A stretch of DNA of 64,000 bases from Spizellomyces punctatus DAOM BR117 (Eukaryota): assembly GCA_000182565.2 (NCBI GenBank), contig KQ257469.1; one strand, given 5' to 3'. The notes under the pieces are model-generated. The model worked only from the letters and a program-made list of their open reading frames with translations. It was not told the origin of the DNA and searched no databases. The translations under genes were made by a program, and so were the position numbers. Shown one piece after another: positions 11,806 through 23,500 of the stretch. The stretch's first letter is position 1. Every line of letters begins with the position of its first letter.

Positions 11806-13826
11806 ATGCAAGAACTACTGGTCATTGGCGCTGGTCCACACGCTCTCGCTCTCCTCGCCACTCTCCTAGAATCTACACCAGACAAGTACCTCGAACACCC
11901 GGAGAACGGTCTCCTCTTCTACCGCACGCGTCCAGATGCTGGAGACTCTGCTCGTACATCCCACCTTCTCCTCGCAAGAGATACTCACTATGATTCCTCG
12001 AGACGACCAAGGAAGACGGACAGAGACGCCGTGGCTCGAGTTTTGAATGGACTTGGCGCCCGTGGTGCCAGATGTTCTGTTCACAAAAAGGATCGAGGAA
12101 TGATTGATGCTCATGTTGATGAAAGAGTTAGAGGACCAGGCTCTTTAAAGACAGGGCTAACAGGTTCTGGTGCTGGTGCGGGGATCTGTCCGCCGGTTGA
12201 ATGGATCAAGGAACACACTCTGGTCCTCGACAAGCTCGGTGGAACAGGGTATGCTGGTGGGAAAGAATGCCGCAAACTAGGAACGTGGATGTCGCTGTGG
12301 AGAAAGCAGATGGAGTTTTTGGTAAGTTAACACACAACGTCAAGTGTTCTCTTGCATAGTGCGAGCTGGAATCCCTGAACTTGATCCTTTCTTCAGCGGG
12401 TGCCGCATCTTCGCAGTCCCATCTCACACCACCCCGACCCTATCGACCGCTCGATTCTATGGCAGTACGCCATGGCAAAGCGACGCACATCAGATGCGGA
12501 CTTGGTTCCATTGCATATTCTCCGTGATCGCTCTTATACCGGACCGTTCATCTTACCCTCTACTGAACTATTCTGGAGTTTCTGCGCGGACTCACTTGTT
12601 AATGGTTTTGGAATAAGAGACCTGGTGCAAAGCGGGGAAGCTGTTGATATTGTCCCGGTTCCATGTGGATGTTCTGTGGACGATAATCAGGACCTTAGTA
12701 ACGAACAAAACGCACAAAGTAAATTCTGCGATCATTTTCGAGTGGAATTTAAGGACGGACGATTGGTGAACGCGCGGAATGTGGTGGTGGCAGTGGGGTC
12801 CAGTTCCTGCGAACGGAATATACCTGCATGGGTAAAGACGTTGCCTCCGGGATATCCCAAGCATTGCCTTTGCCATTGTTTCGACATCGCGTTGGATGAT
12901 GCCACGTACCTAAAGTCCTTTAGTTCAGCAAAGAAAGGGCCGCTCCGGCACAAGTCTGTAGTAATTATTGGAGGAGGAATCACCAGGTAAGACATTGGAG
13001 GAGGGCCGCTGACTTTTTCGCTGCTTGACAGCTCGCTAATCGACCTCACGCCCATGTTCGTTGCAAACAAAAATAGCATTCACGTCTCCCGAACTGCTTT
13101 AGACCTCGGTTGCAACTCCGTTGTGCTCCTCTCCCGTTCCAAGCTCCGCATCCAACCTTTCGACGTCGACGTTCGGTGGGTTGGCCCGCATCGATCCACC
13201 AATATAGCACAATTCTGGTCGGACAATGAGTACCAAAGCCGGGCACACCGCCTTCGTTTGGCCAGATTTCCTCCGAAGGCGGATGAGGCCTACTCTGGGA
13301 GTGGCGCAACGATAACGCATGAAGCAATGGAGCTAGTAAGAGATGACTTGGCTAGCGGCAAGATGAGTGTAACGCAAGAAGTTGAAGTCATTAGTGCAAA
13401 GTGGTATGAGGAGGTTCCGCAACATGGAAAATGGGAATTGCTTTTGAGCAATGGATCGACGATTGCTTGCAATATTATCTGGCAAGTAGTGGTGCTCATT
13501 TACTGTGGAATTGCTAAACACTAACAAGAGCTCATCCACCATATGTTTGCAGGCTCGCAACCGGCACACGCAACACCGTTTCTACTAATACCCTCCTACA
13601 CACCGTCGCCAAACACTACCCCATTCCCATACAAAACGGTCTACCCTCCCTTCGCGAAGATTTATCCTGGTCCCGCAACTGTCCTGGTTTATTTGTCATG
13701 GGATCTTTGGCGGCTCTTCAAGTCGGACGGGGTGCACCGAATTTGATGGGAGGTCGGGCTGCCGCAGGAAGGATCAGTAGAAGTTTGATAGAAAGACTGA
13801 GGAAGGCTTATAGAGCTGGGCAGTAG
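11806..13826 (+). CDS. FAD/NAD(P)-binding oxidoreductase (class B flavoprotein / N-hydroxylase-like fold); multi-exon
   Basis: LLVIGAGPHAL (FAD site), W..Q, HLRSP..HHPDP, PSTELF, VVVAVG, VVIIGGGIT (NAD(P) site), WLATG and LFVMGSLAALQVGRGAPNLMGGR. Stop TAG at 13824-13826. The last intron uses a GC donor (gcaagt, ~13483). Confidence 0.85.
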
Positions 13827-14013
13827 CATTTGGAAAAAGTGTCTAAGGCAGCTATGCCATACGTAATTGTATTCGTTTAAAAATAGAGAGTGAAGTTTCG
13901 AGTGATTCCGGTGTCGTCGTCCAGAAAGAAACCCGAAACCTTTGAAAATGGGGTTCTTCGGTTTACATCGCATGGTTTCTTAGATATTTTGATGATACAA
14001 GATGATCAGTTCA

Positions 14014-14037
14014 TGGTCCAACCCCTGCCCTAACCCT
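14014..14037 (+). repeat. 24-bp direct repeat copy 1 TGGTCCAACCCCTGCCCTAACCCT
   Basis: Identical to 14593-14616; contains a telomere-like CCCTAACCCT. Confidence 0.95.
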
Positions 14038-14540
14038 CTTCTGGGATCTCCATGGGCGCTTCCGCTGGGGGTTCTTCAGTAGGAGGAGGAAAGCCTTTTT
14101 TATGAGCATATCTAACCCTCTGAAGGTACATTCTGGTTCTGATCTGGTCTTCAGTATAGCTTCTTTTACGGGCAAGAAATGGAGTTCTTTTCTTGGTGCC
14201 CATGGCGGCCGGTCTGAACTTCAGAATGTCGATACTTAATGCTGCGCACCAATCCCCAAAAGTAGCCCTCCCATGTACCTAGCAAACACGTAGAACAGAG
14301 CATTTGTGGAATCAGTGGGGATTTTCAACTCCCATAAAATTCTGCAAACAAAATGAAAACGTGCGCTCGTGCCTCATGTAAAAGGGCATTTTAAATCCTG
14401 CACAACCTAAACCAAGAGTCCGACAGTGGTCTTGATAGTGATGAGTCCGCAACATCACGCGGTCATGCAACTTCACTTTAGCATCACAGATCATCTGCGG
14501 AGCCACATGGTGCGCAATCAGGATTGCCAATGCAAAGGAC
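14030..14540 (-). pseudogene. Decayed TnpB/Fanzor-like RuvC C-terminal exon
   Basis: Single frame: FALAILIAHHVAPQMICDAKVKLHDRVMLRTHHYQDHCRTLGLGCAGFKMPFYMRHERTFSFCLQNFMGVENPH*FHKCSVLRVC*VHGRATFGDWCAALSIDILKF...IPEEG*. It has two internal stops (14312, 14279) and is preceded by a CTAAC branch point and TTTTAG acceptor (14541-14565). Motif order resembles the Fanzor2/IS607-TnpB pattern ILIP..V..M..R.ML.W.HY..E..TS..C..D..AA.NI. Confidence 0.5.
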
Positions 14541-14592
14541 CTAAAACGAGAATCAGTCAAGTTAGAAGTGCTTGATCAAATCGATTGAGACG

Positions 14593-14616
14593 TGGTCCAA
14601 CCCCTGCCCTAACCCT
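14593..14616 (+). repeat. 24-bp direct repeat copy 2 TGGTCCAACCCCTGCCCTAACCCT
   Basis: Identical to 14014-14037. Confidence 0.95.
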
Positions 14617-16238
14617 TTATCCATTTAGGCTTGTAACAATAGGCATTATATAGCCTAAATATTTACTCATTGTGTGAGGGTGAAAATAATGACATATGCC
14701 ATACAGGTTTAAATTGCGTGCTTCCTGCCCATCCTCCCACAGCGGTTAGATCTAGCTGATCAGCTTCATCCGCGTCTCTGATTATATGAGATACCAAAAT
14801 GGGGAGTATCGATTCTTTTGATTCGCTATTTTGTATCTGTTGGTATGCAAGCATTGAACCTGCTTTAACACCAGCGCCACTAAGCTTCGGCTATGCTTAA
14901 AAGATGAATACATCGCTACAGGTGGTGAATGTGGTCATGTGCTCCAGCGCCTTCTTCGCTTGATTTTGTGAAGTTTCAAGCGGCATGGATGGTCCTCCAT
15001 CGCTACCCAAATTCTAAGTACTTGCAGATACAGAACCCTTGTGGCACCAGATTGCCGCTATAGCATAATAAACAGCACCGTAAATCCTACCCTCACCCTT
15101 AATCTGTAGACATGCCCGTTCTGCCATAATTACACCGGGAAAGATTTGCGAGGTTTCCGAGGCCCTCTAGCAAGAGTGTCGTGCTAATTTGTAGTGGTAT
15201 AGTGTTTTTACAAACATTTTTATTCATAGTACACCCACCGGCGTCGGCGACCTACACTGGCTCTCGTTCAGGTTGTTCTTTCGATGCGATTCGGGGTTTT
15301 GATCTCTGATGCCACCACGGTAAATCTTATCTTGCCTTGAGCACATGATGCGGGTTGAGCTTAAATCAGCAGATGAGCAGCAAGATAGTCCTTTGAAGTG
15401 AGCCAGCGAAAGGGATGTTTGAGGGTTGCACGTCGCGTGGGTGGTCTTATCACTGCGCTGTTTTGATCATCCCTAGAGATACCCCTGCAAATCCACAACC
15501 TGCGACGAAATCATCGGGCGCAGTAGGACCCAGGTTGTTAACTCCAACCTTTAGGCTCATCGGCATTTTGTTTCCTAAAATTTTGCAACACACCGACAAA
15601 CGACTTGAGAGACTTACAATTACATCCGTCCTATTTTTGAAAGTGTAGATGGCAATATATACGTATATGCCAGCTTACCCATCATGTATAACAAGTTCCA
15701 TGACGCAAGAGACTTGACCGCATACCTGCGCACATATGTGGTCTCGGCATGTTATTGGTCGGATGTGGTTTGCACGGTTCCAGGCGTTTGTTGCCGTTAC
15801 TTCTAAGGCACATGCGTTTGCTGTAGCTACTGTCGAGGACCATAGGTCAAAATCCTTCGCATGTAAAATTCGTTATCTTTTGCCCTGATACAAATAAGAG
15901 GTTTTTGATTCATCCATCGAGTCCATCTCACATCGATAGGGACCCTAGGACATTCAGCTGAAAACTGAGCTTAAAAATCGAGAAAAAAAAATGCCGACCG
16001 GCGCGGCGAAGGAATAAGACACTCAAGTATCAATAATGTATAGCACATGTATATTGTCAGGACCAGACATTGTCAGGGGCGAAGGCAGCCAACCATAATA
16101 TATACAAGATAAAAAACGAAATCCTATGGCCACCGTAGGAGCTGACTACAGTAGAATCCGACAGATGGTATCTATAAAGCGGCGCACCAGCGCCAAGTGT
16201 TTTCCCCACCCCAAAAAAAAGTACCCAATGAAGCGACT

Positions 16239-16748
16239 TTACGCTTCTCGAGCGAGCTCCTGCATAGCTGTCTCTGCATAATGAGTCTCGGCTCTTGCAT
16301 TCCAACGCTTGGACCGTCGCGGCCCATGTTTCTTTGACCGCCTCCTTGATATGCTGCATTCCTCTTCTACGCTGCACTCCACATCGGCCTCTGCCCCGTC
16401 ATTCTTTCCGCGCCAATACATGCTTAATGACCACCGCGGTCGTTTCAACTGTTGCGAAGCGCCCATGTCGCTATGTATCCGTATGCGTGTTTCGGTTTTC
16501 GTTTCAGGGTCCATGTTGCATGGGTCGACGAGGCCCTTGACACCAACACCGTCGTAGGTAGTAGGGTATCGTGAAAGTTGCGGGCCTGGGCAGTTGAAGC
16601 ACGGTTCCTCCTTCTCAGGAGAGGCTGTCAAGTATCCGGTGCCGTTGCACGCGGGACAAATGTCAGCAAGGTCGTCGGCAGACCAAGCAGCAGGTAAAAG
16701 GTAGAGCGTTTCAGTGGATTTGTTGAGAGTTGTCTGAGTTGCCGTCAT
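16239..16748 (-). CDS. Hypothetical protein with a CxxCxGxG/CxxC zinc-binding motif
   Basis: Intact ~169-aa ORF from ATG 16748 containing CPACNGTG...CFNCPG. A TATAAAA lies ~100 bp upstream on the minus strand (~16850). Confidence 0.6.
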   Translation of the reverse strand: MTATQTTLNKSTETLYLLPAAWSADDLADICPACNGTGYLTASPEKEEPCFNCPGPQLSRYPTTYDGVGVKGLVDPCNMDPETKTETRIRIHSDMGASQQLKRPRWSLSMYWRGKNDGAEADVECSVEEECSISRRRSKKHGPRRSKRWNARAETHYAETAMQELAREA

Positions 16749-17799
16749 GCTCAAATTCGAAAGTTACTTGTTCAAAGGGCGATTGCAAGATAAAAAGGTG
16801 TTGTTGTCTGAGGTAAGAAGCGGGGGGGGACGACAGTGTGGCTTGCCTTTTATAGTCCCCACCGACAACCAAATCGCAGGGACGCTTGATAACGTTGACT
16901 CATTTCCGATCATTCTATTTTTAAAGTTGTGGTCACACAAAACAGTTAGAATGTCCTTATGACCACAACGATAATGAACTGCTGCTCAACGGGTCGCCTT
17001 CTGATTGGTGGAAATGCCGGGCGCATACGGCATCAGCAACAGCGTGTCAGAGATTACACAGCACACGTTTTGAGTTTTTTGATTATCAAATTCTTGGCTT
17101 GTCAGAGTTGCTTCCGGTTGGAAACGGGAGGTGAGCTTATTTACGAGATTTTATTGCCGAGCATTGGGCCCCGCGTTATGAACAGAATGTGCCAAGAATA
17201 CGGAGCTTTTCTTGACTTTGTTGCAACGGGAGAGTTTAGATGCTCGGACTTTGGATGAATGCGGAACACATTTATGGGTAAGAACGTCATGAGTAATGGT
17301 TTTTTCATTTTTGCAAAAGACATCCCTTTTTTCGGACCCCAAACGGGATAATAGTTCTTCATGCCAAAAATACTCGTAACTTATAAACAGATGCACATAT
17401 GGTGGTAACAGTTCACTCAGTCTGTCCAACGCGTGCTATGCTGAGAGAAACACAGGAATTCCGGGAACGGGGGAGCTGATATGTCGCGCAATCCCGCTCC
17501 CCTCTTGGCATTTTGACACTTTTTGAATTTTGCATATTAAATTACGTTATGTTGCGATAAGTTTTGCCCAATATTACAATCCAATACATTACAGGTATAT
17601 GTGCAGTAAGGTGCTTCCATCTGAGACTTCAACTTGATATTAAAGTGGAACTGTTTGTTAATGTCGAATGCGCTGAAACAATAATCAATGGTTAGTTACA
17701 TTTGTTGATCCAGTTCCAAAGCTGTTCGCGCATTGATGAGTAACACTGTGTCAACCTATTTCGGTTGATATTGATCATGAGGTTTTAGGTGAACATTAG

Positions 17800-18650
17800 C
17801 CAATTGCAACTAGCACACCCTCACCGATGCATTTGTAACTGGTGGGCGGATCGTACGTTATGCAGGATGGGAGTTCTAGGCTTTTGATCCGCTTGCTGTG
17901 CAGTCCCTGACAGTGAAACCGCCACATTCTACCAGCGGCAAGCCTCTCATTGGGTAACTTGCCAGCAGTTTGCGTTAAATATCGGACCGAAACGTATCGC
18001 AAAAGGTTAATCGGTATTCAGCAGCGGAAGTTTTCATGCAGCATCCTAGATAGAGATTGAAACTGCTTCGCGATCACAGGTACTACCTTTACCTCCTCGG
18101 AGACAAGTAACAAAAAGCATTAACATGCGTTGAGTTTTTATCGTTAAGTAAGAGTTACATTAACTATTCCCAATTCGCCAATGGTATTAGGAAATTGCTC
18201 ATCGCTGCTTCCCCACCATTCTATGATGGGAACCTGCAATTTTATTGCGGTTCGCCTAAAGAACCGGTGTTTATCAGCAGCAACCCTTGACGCTTCGTCC
18301 ATCGCCAAAATATATACTCTGGATCTTGAGATATGAGCCAGATGAAGCTGGCGTTTTGCTATTGCAATGGGCACGCACCACTGAACGTATATCAATTCCC
18401 ACAGGATTGACAGCCAGAATGATACTGCTTCGCCAATGTTGCAGTGTCCCTTCGCTGATCTCTTCAAGCATGTTGACACAATTTGCAATTTCCGCCGTGC
18501 ATCATCTGATATCCTTGGCTACTTGCGCCCATGAGACTACCTTAAACATAAGAAGAGAATGCTGCAAACGTTTAACATCGAAACTGCTGTCGGTCCGAAT
18601 TTTTCAGTATTGGAGTTCACGATACCAGAGAATACCTCCCAAGTCTCCAT
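17800..18650 (-). pseudogene. Decayed coding remnant, possibly ankyrin-repeat protein
   Basis: Fragmented frames. AMDEASR...VPIIEWWGSS and SAKGHCNI resemble fungal ankyrin-like AMD.AS..GH...LEWW repeats. Many stops and frameshifts. Confidence 0.3.
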
Positions 18651-20509
18651 AAGGGGTGAATTCGTTGAATAGGATACTCTCAGCGTCGTGAGTTTGATGT
18701 AGTGCGTAGTTCCAGCTGCTCAGTGGAGGGGGGCTCAAACATTGATCGCTTGCTTGTAGACCTGGTTTTGGTTACAAGCTGCCCTGCAACATATAGCAGG
18801 GTCCTTGTGTGCCGCAGAGTCTCGCGATGCAAGTGTCGAGCTCAGCTCCAGGATCCGTGTGAGAATGTGGTTCCCAAACATGGCAATTTGGAACGAGAGT
18901 TTGGACTGGTGAAATTGTTTCTCAAGAATTTAAATTATCACCTCAGTTCCGTCCTATGAACGTGGTGATAGGTTTCCAGATATGTGTACGACTAACATGA
19001 AGCTGTCACGGTTCTCGTCAGGGATGTGCTCCACGGTCAGCTCCGTAGGTTCCAAACTCTAATTAGACGTCACATGAAATCTAGTACCTACCGAGGGGAC
19101 ACTTGTTGTCGTGAAGCCATACGCTCATAGATGGTGGACGCAGCGCAATATGGAGTTGCAGCCTTAGCTACGGTTCCTGTGCGCGAGGGTTTATAAATAT
19201 CATGTAAGCTACCCCACTGTGTACTCTGCTTTTGTCGACCTCTTTGAGATCCAGAGTTAGCATCAAATTGCCACTAGAATATCTTCGTCGACTTCATGTA
19301 CTCCCTCCTTTGATGGGAAAGGCTGGGTCAGGAATAGTGTGAGCTATCGTTCTGCAGATGGCTGTACATACTTGAATCGCAAACAGATGGAAGCATTGTT
19401 ATTAGGAAGAAGGATATCCGTCTTACTGCTCTCACCACTTCAACAAGCAGTCCAATCAATCAATCACAATCGATCTTGCGTTACAGCATCAGCTTTCCAT
19501 CATTGAAGCAACTACGTTCTCCATGACGCTTTTCGTTGCGCCTTCTTCACTCTTACTCCGTGCATGATGTCTTTATCGGTTTACCTTCCGAGAGACGTCT
19601 CATGCTAACATTATCCTTATCTCATCTACAGGGGCCAACTGTCAATGCTACTTGCATCGCAACTGATTGTCACATTATCCGCAGTTCGCGACAAAGGCTA
19701 GATGACACGCTCCCTGGAAAAAAGACACTCCCCCAGAGAAAACAATTTATCATTGTACATCGCCGTTTGCCTTGGAGTGTAATCCCATCCGTCAGTAAAT
19801 TGGAGGACCCTCACGCTGAGGGTAAATCAGTCGTAGAAATAATAATTATTTAAAGGATTCGTTAAAAGACTTCGGAAGTTGTTTCAGAGATTCGTCATGT
19901 GTATCATGGCGTGCACGTCGAACATCAAAATTCTATAGCTGCAGACGAACGACTATCGTTTTCCTGTATCTTTTCGTCATGCAATGATTGTTGATCCAAT
20001 GGCGATGCTTCCAAGAAGTCAGCAACAGCCACACATGACGAACTTGAATCCCCCACATGTTTGTCGCCCGAATTATGCCCGATTCAGGCTTGTCAATCAT
20101 GTCTTCGTCCACCCTACAACCTTTATGCTTAAGGTTGCCTCAACCTAAACAGCGAGCGAATGAGGCAAAGCTGGCAGATAGGGTCCTGCCAGACATGCAA
20201 CAGAAGGGAAATAATATTTGCATCCATTAGTCCGACACTACATACTCAAGATACTACATCTGGCGCTAGCTCTCTTTGTCGGTCAGATACGACGACGGTA
20301 CTGTCTTCACCTGTTGCCAATGGGTTCATTTAAGAGGAGGGGTCGGGAGACAGTTGACGCAAACTAAACCCTAACTGATCAACTGCTGCTTTCAAATCCC
20401 ATGAATAACGCGCGCGTCCTGACGCGCTTGGCCACGGGCAATCCATACACGATCCTTTCATCGGTTTTTATCCATCCTTCTGTGCTTGAACAGCTCTGCG
20501 AATTGCACG

Positions 20510-23500
20510 ATGATTTGTCGTAGCAATATGTTACCCTTCCGGATGTGGAAGGTTTCTTTCTTCCTTCTCGTGCTTTATTGTTTCCATGTCTCGGCTATGT
20601 TTGGTACGCCTTACCTGTAATTGAACTGATCTTCATCTTCATCTGAAACGTATCCTTCAGCTTCCCGACGGGTGTCCCCCGATGCAAGCATTCCTGATGT
20701 CTTCTTTTGTACGTATCTGTGTATTTCTTGTTCTTTCATCAAATGAGCAAGCAACGTCTACGTTTGACTCACACTGCCGACCCTTCAGATAATTATACCG
20801 TTCCCATTCCTGGCCTCTCCAAGACGGTTACCGATGTAACATGCTTACTTACCATACCAAAGCTGAGCTACAAACTGACAAGACTTGGAAAAGCATACAC
20901 GGACTCAAAATTGGGTCGTGCGGTGGTGTGCACAATGATGGATGCTCAAGAAACGTGGGTGATGATAGTCGCCGGGGTTGCTTGTAGGAGTAATTTGCTG
21001 ACTGGATGTGGTAAGGTCGCTTACACTTGCAGGGTTGGATGTGAAGTCTCCAACTGGAGCACCCCTGTTGAGTAAGCCAGTTGATGTCTGGTACGGCTCT
21101 CCTGTTCGAGGTAAGGCCACAGAACAATAATCTACGGCCTCCCATATTCCGACGCTCATCGCAAGTACTTTGTCACTTTAAGCGACACGAATATGCAACG
21201 GATATGGGCTGCAAGCCATGCAAGGTGGAATTGACGGTATAGATTGTCTTTTGCTTTGAAGAAATATTTTTCAAGAATGCCGTGACGAAAGTCTTGATAG
21301 ATTTCTCCGATATATCGATGACCGCGCCTGGCGCTGATAGCACAAAATTCTGTAAGGATACCGCAAATGCGCGCAAAACCTATGGCGCGGAAGGATGGAC
21401 AGCCATCAATCGATATTTCAAGAGTAGCGATACAGCCGTTTCGTCCAAGACCCAGGCGAGATTTCTCGACTGTTACGGTTTATGTGGATCTTCCCCTTAT
21501 GGTATGTACATTATTTTACTTGCTAGATACTCCGCACATATACGCGTATTTTGATTGTCCATTCTCTAACCTTAATGACAGTGAAGAGATATCGCAACAA
21601 GCGATGCCAGCGTTTGGCCCTAAACTTTCCAATTCCGTTTATTGCAAATGAAGTCCCCATAAACCTTTACTCCGGATCGGTCGCCCCATTATCGTCAACA
21701 ATGGACAGTACCACCGCACCATGGTCGATTCAACAAGCTTGTGGGATGGACGCAAGGACGGGAAGGTTGACGGCGAATTGTTTGAATGTACAACAACCCT
21801 ATTCGGTTCTTTCTCCTTTCTTTCAAAGGACAACGACCGTAGGAACAGATATTGTGTTAAACTTGTTTGATTCCGGCGACAATCCAGCCACAATATTTGA
21901 CGATTTGGCCGGATTCTACGCTATGAGCGCAACTGGTGGGGCCCTTGTTTCAATGCGATTGCTATCGTTGGCGAATATCTCAATCGGCACTGCCAGGTAC
22001 TGTTAATCTTTATGTCGACAATACCATCAACCGCATTACCCCTGGAACCGCCTTTGCGACATCCCTTGACGCCATTTTTCTATATAATAAACAAATCACA
22101 AATGTTAACGTCATAATGCAATCGTCGGGTAATACTTCAATCGATACGACTCGTTGTGATGCGTTCAACAGCATGTTGGAAACGTACTTGCCCGTCGCGA
22201 GTTTGAAGAGCTGCGGAACCGGAAGGTCAAGTTTGCCTGCTTGGAGTTGTAAGGTTGTCGATACTTCGACGGGACAAATGATAACGGCATCGATGTTTAA
22301 GCCAGCAAGGCTGGTGACTACAAATGTAGTGGGTAGCGGGAACCTTTACGAAATTGGTAGGCCCTAAGTCATTCATGAACAAATCATCGATGCACCCCTC
22401 ATATCCTATATTAGTGGACTACAGAAACATAACTGTAACAATCGGCTCTCGTACATCCACACAATATGCAAATCCATCCTCAGGCTACGAGTATCGCTTT
22501 ACTGAGCCGTGCGCTCCCGGGGAAAGCTTGATTGTCAACATACCCTACCCGGCCCTCTTACTCCAAAATGCAAGCACGTCTCTTGCGCGCACCGCAATCA
22601 AGCCGTCATCCCAACCTCCTACTTTGACCGTACTTCCGAGCATCACATATAAAGAACTCGTCAGCGACAGTGCGAAAGATGCTGGGGTATTGGTGGGCAC
22701 AGTTGAAACCACCGACCAAGGCATGTTGATAGCATTTGAATTGAATGACCGAGGGTTTATCGGCGAGACCAGTGTGAAATTACAACTGCCCTACAGTGTT
22801 GTTTATGGTACGTAATATCACTTGTTTACGCATTTCAGTGCATATCTCACTGGAACTTCAGGGACGGGACCCAAAACGGTGAATGCATCGACTACCACCG
22901 AATTCACACTGACCTGCGGAGTGCTACCAAAACATAATATCCAGGATATTTCTGAGAAAGCAGATTCTCTACGCACCACCTTTCATGAAATTCGAAATCG
23001 TAGCGACACATTAAAATCTGTGGAATTTGATGGTAATATCGCTACATTTCGTGCTCACTTGATCCCTACGACTACCCTTTCTAACTTGAAACTCCAGTAA
23101 CTACACACAGAGTTCAAGGTCTAAGTGCCTCCCCAGCTCCCACGAAGCTCGGAACAATGCAATTCCTGGCTGCATCATCTTTGTTCACTATCTTTCAAGA
23201 CCTCCCACCAAATTCTCTAACCCTGCCATCAAGCGCTCTGGAACAAAATTCCATCCGTCGCCACACCCTCGTCTATCCATCTGAATTGACCTCTGCGGTC
23301 AATCTTCAAGTCACTTCACTGGACAGCTTGATCTCCGGACTCGGACTATTGCAGAGAGTTGGAGATTTAAGAACCAAGGGTATCGAGAGCCAATTTCGAT
23401 GGTTTGCCGAACAGATGGGAAGCAAAATCGACAAGCAAAGTGTGTCGAGCATTGAATTACCGGCTGTATGGACTGTGAAGATGGATGTTGGAATGGTTGG

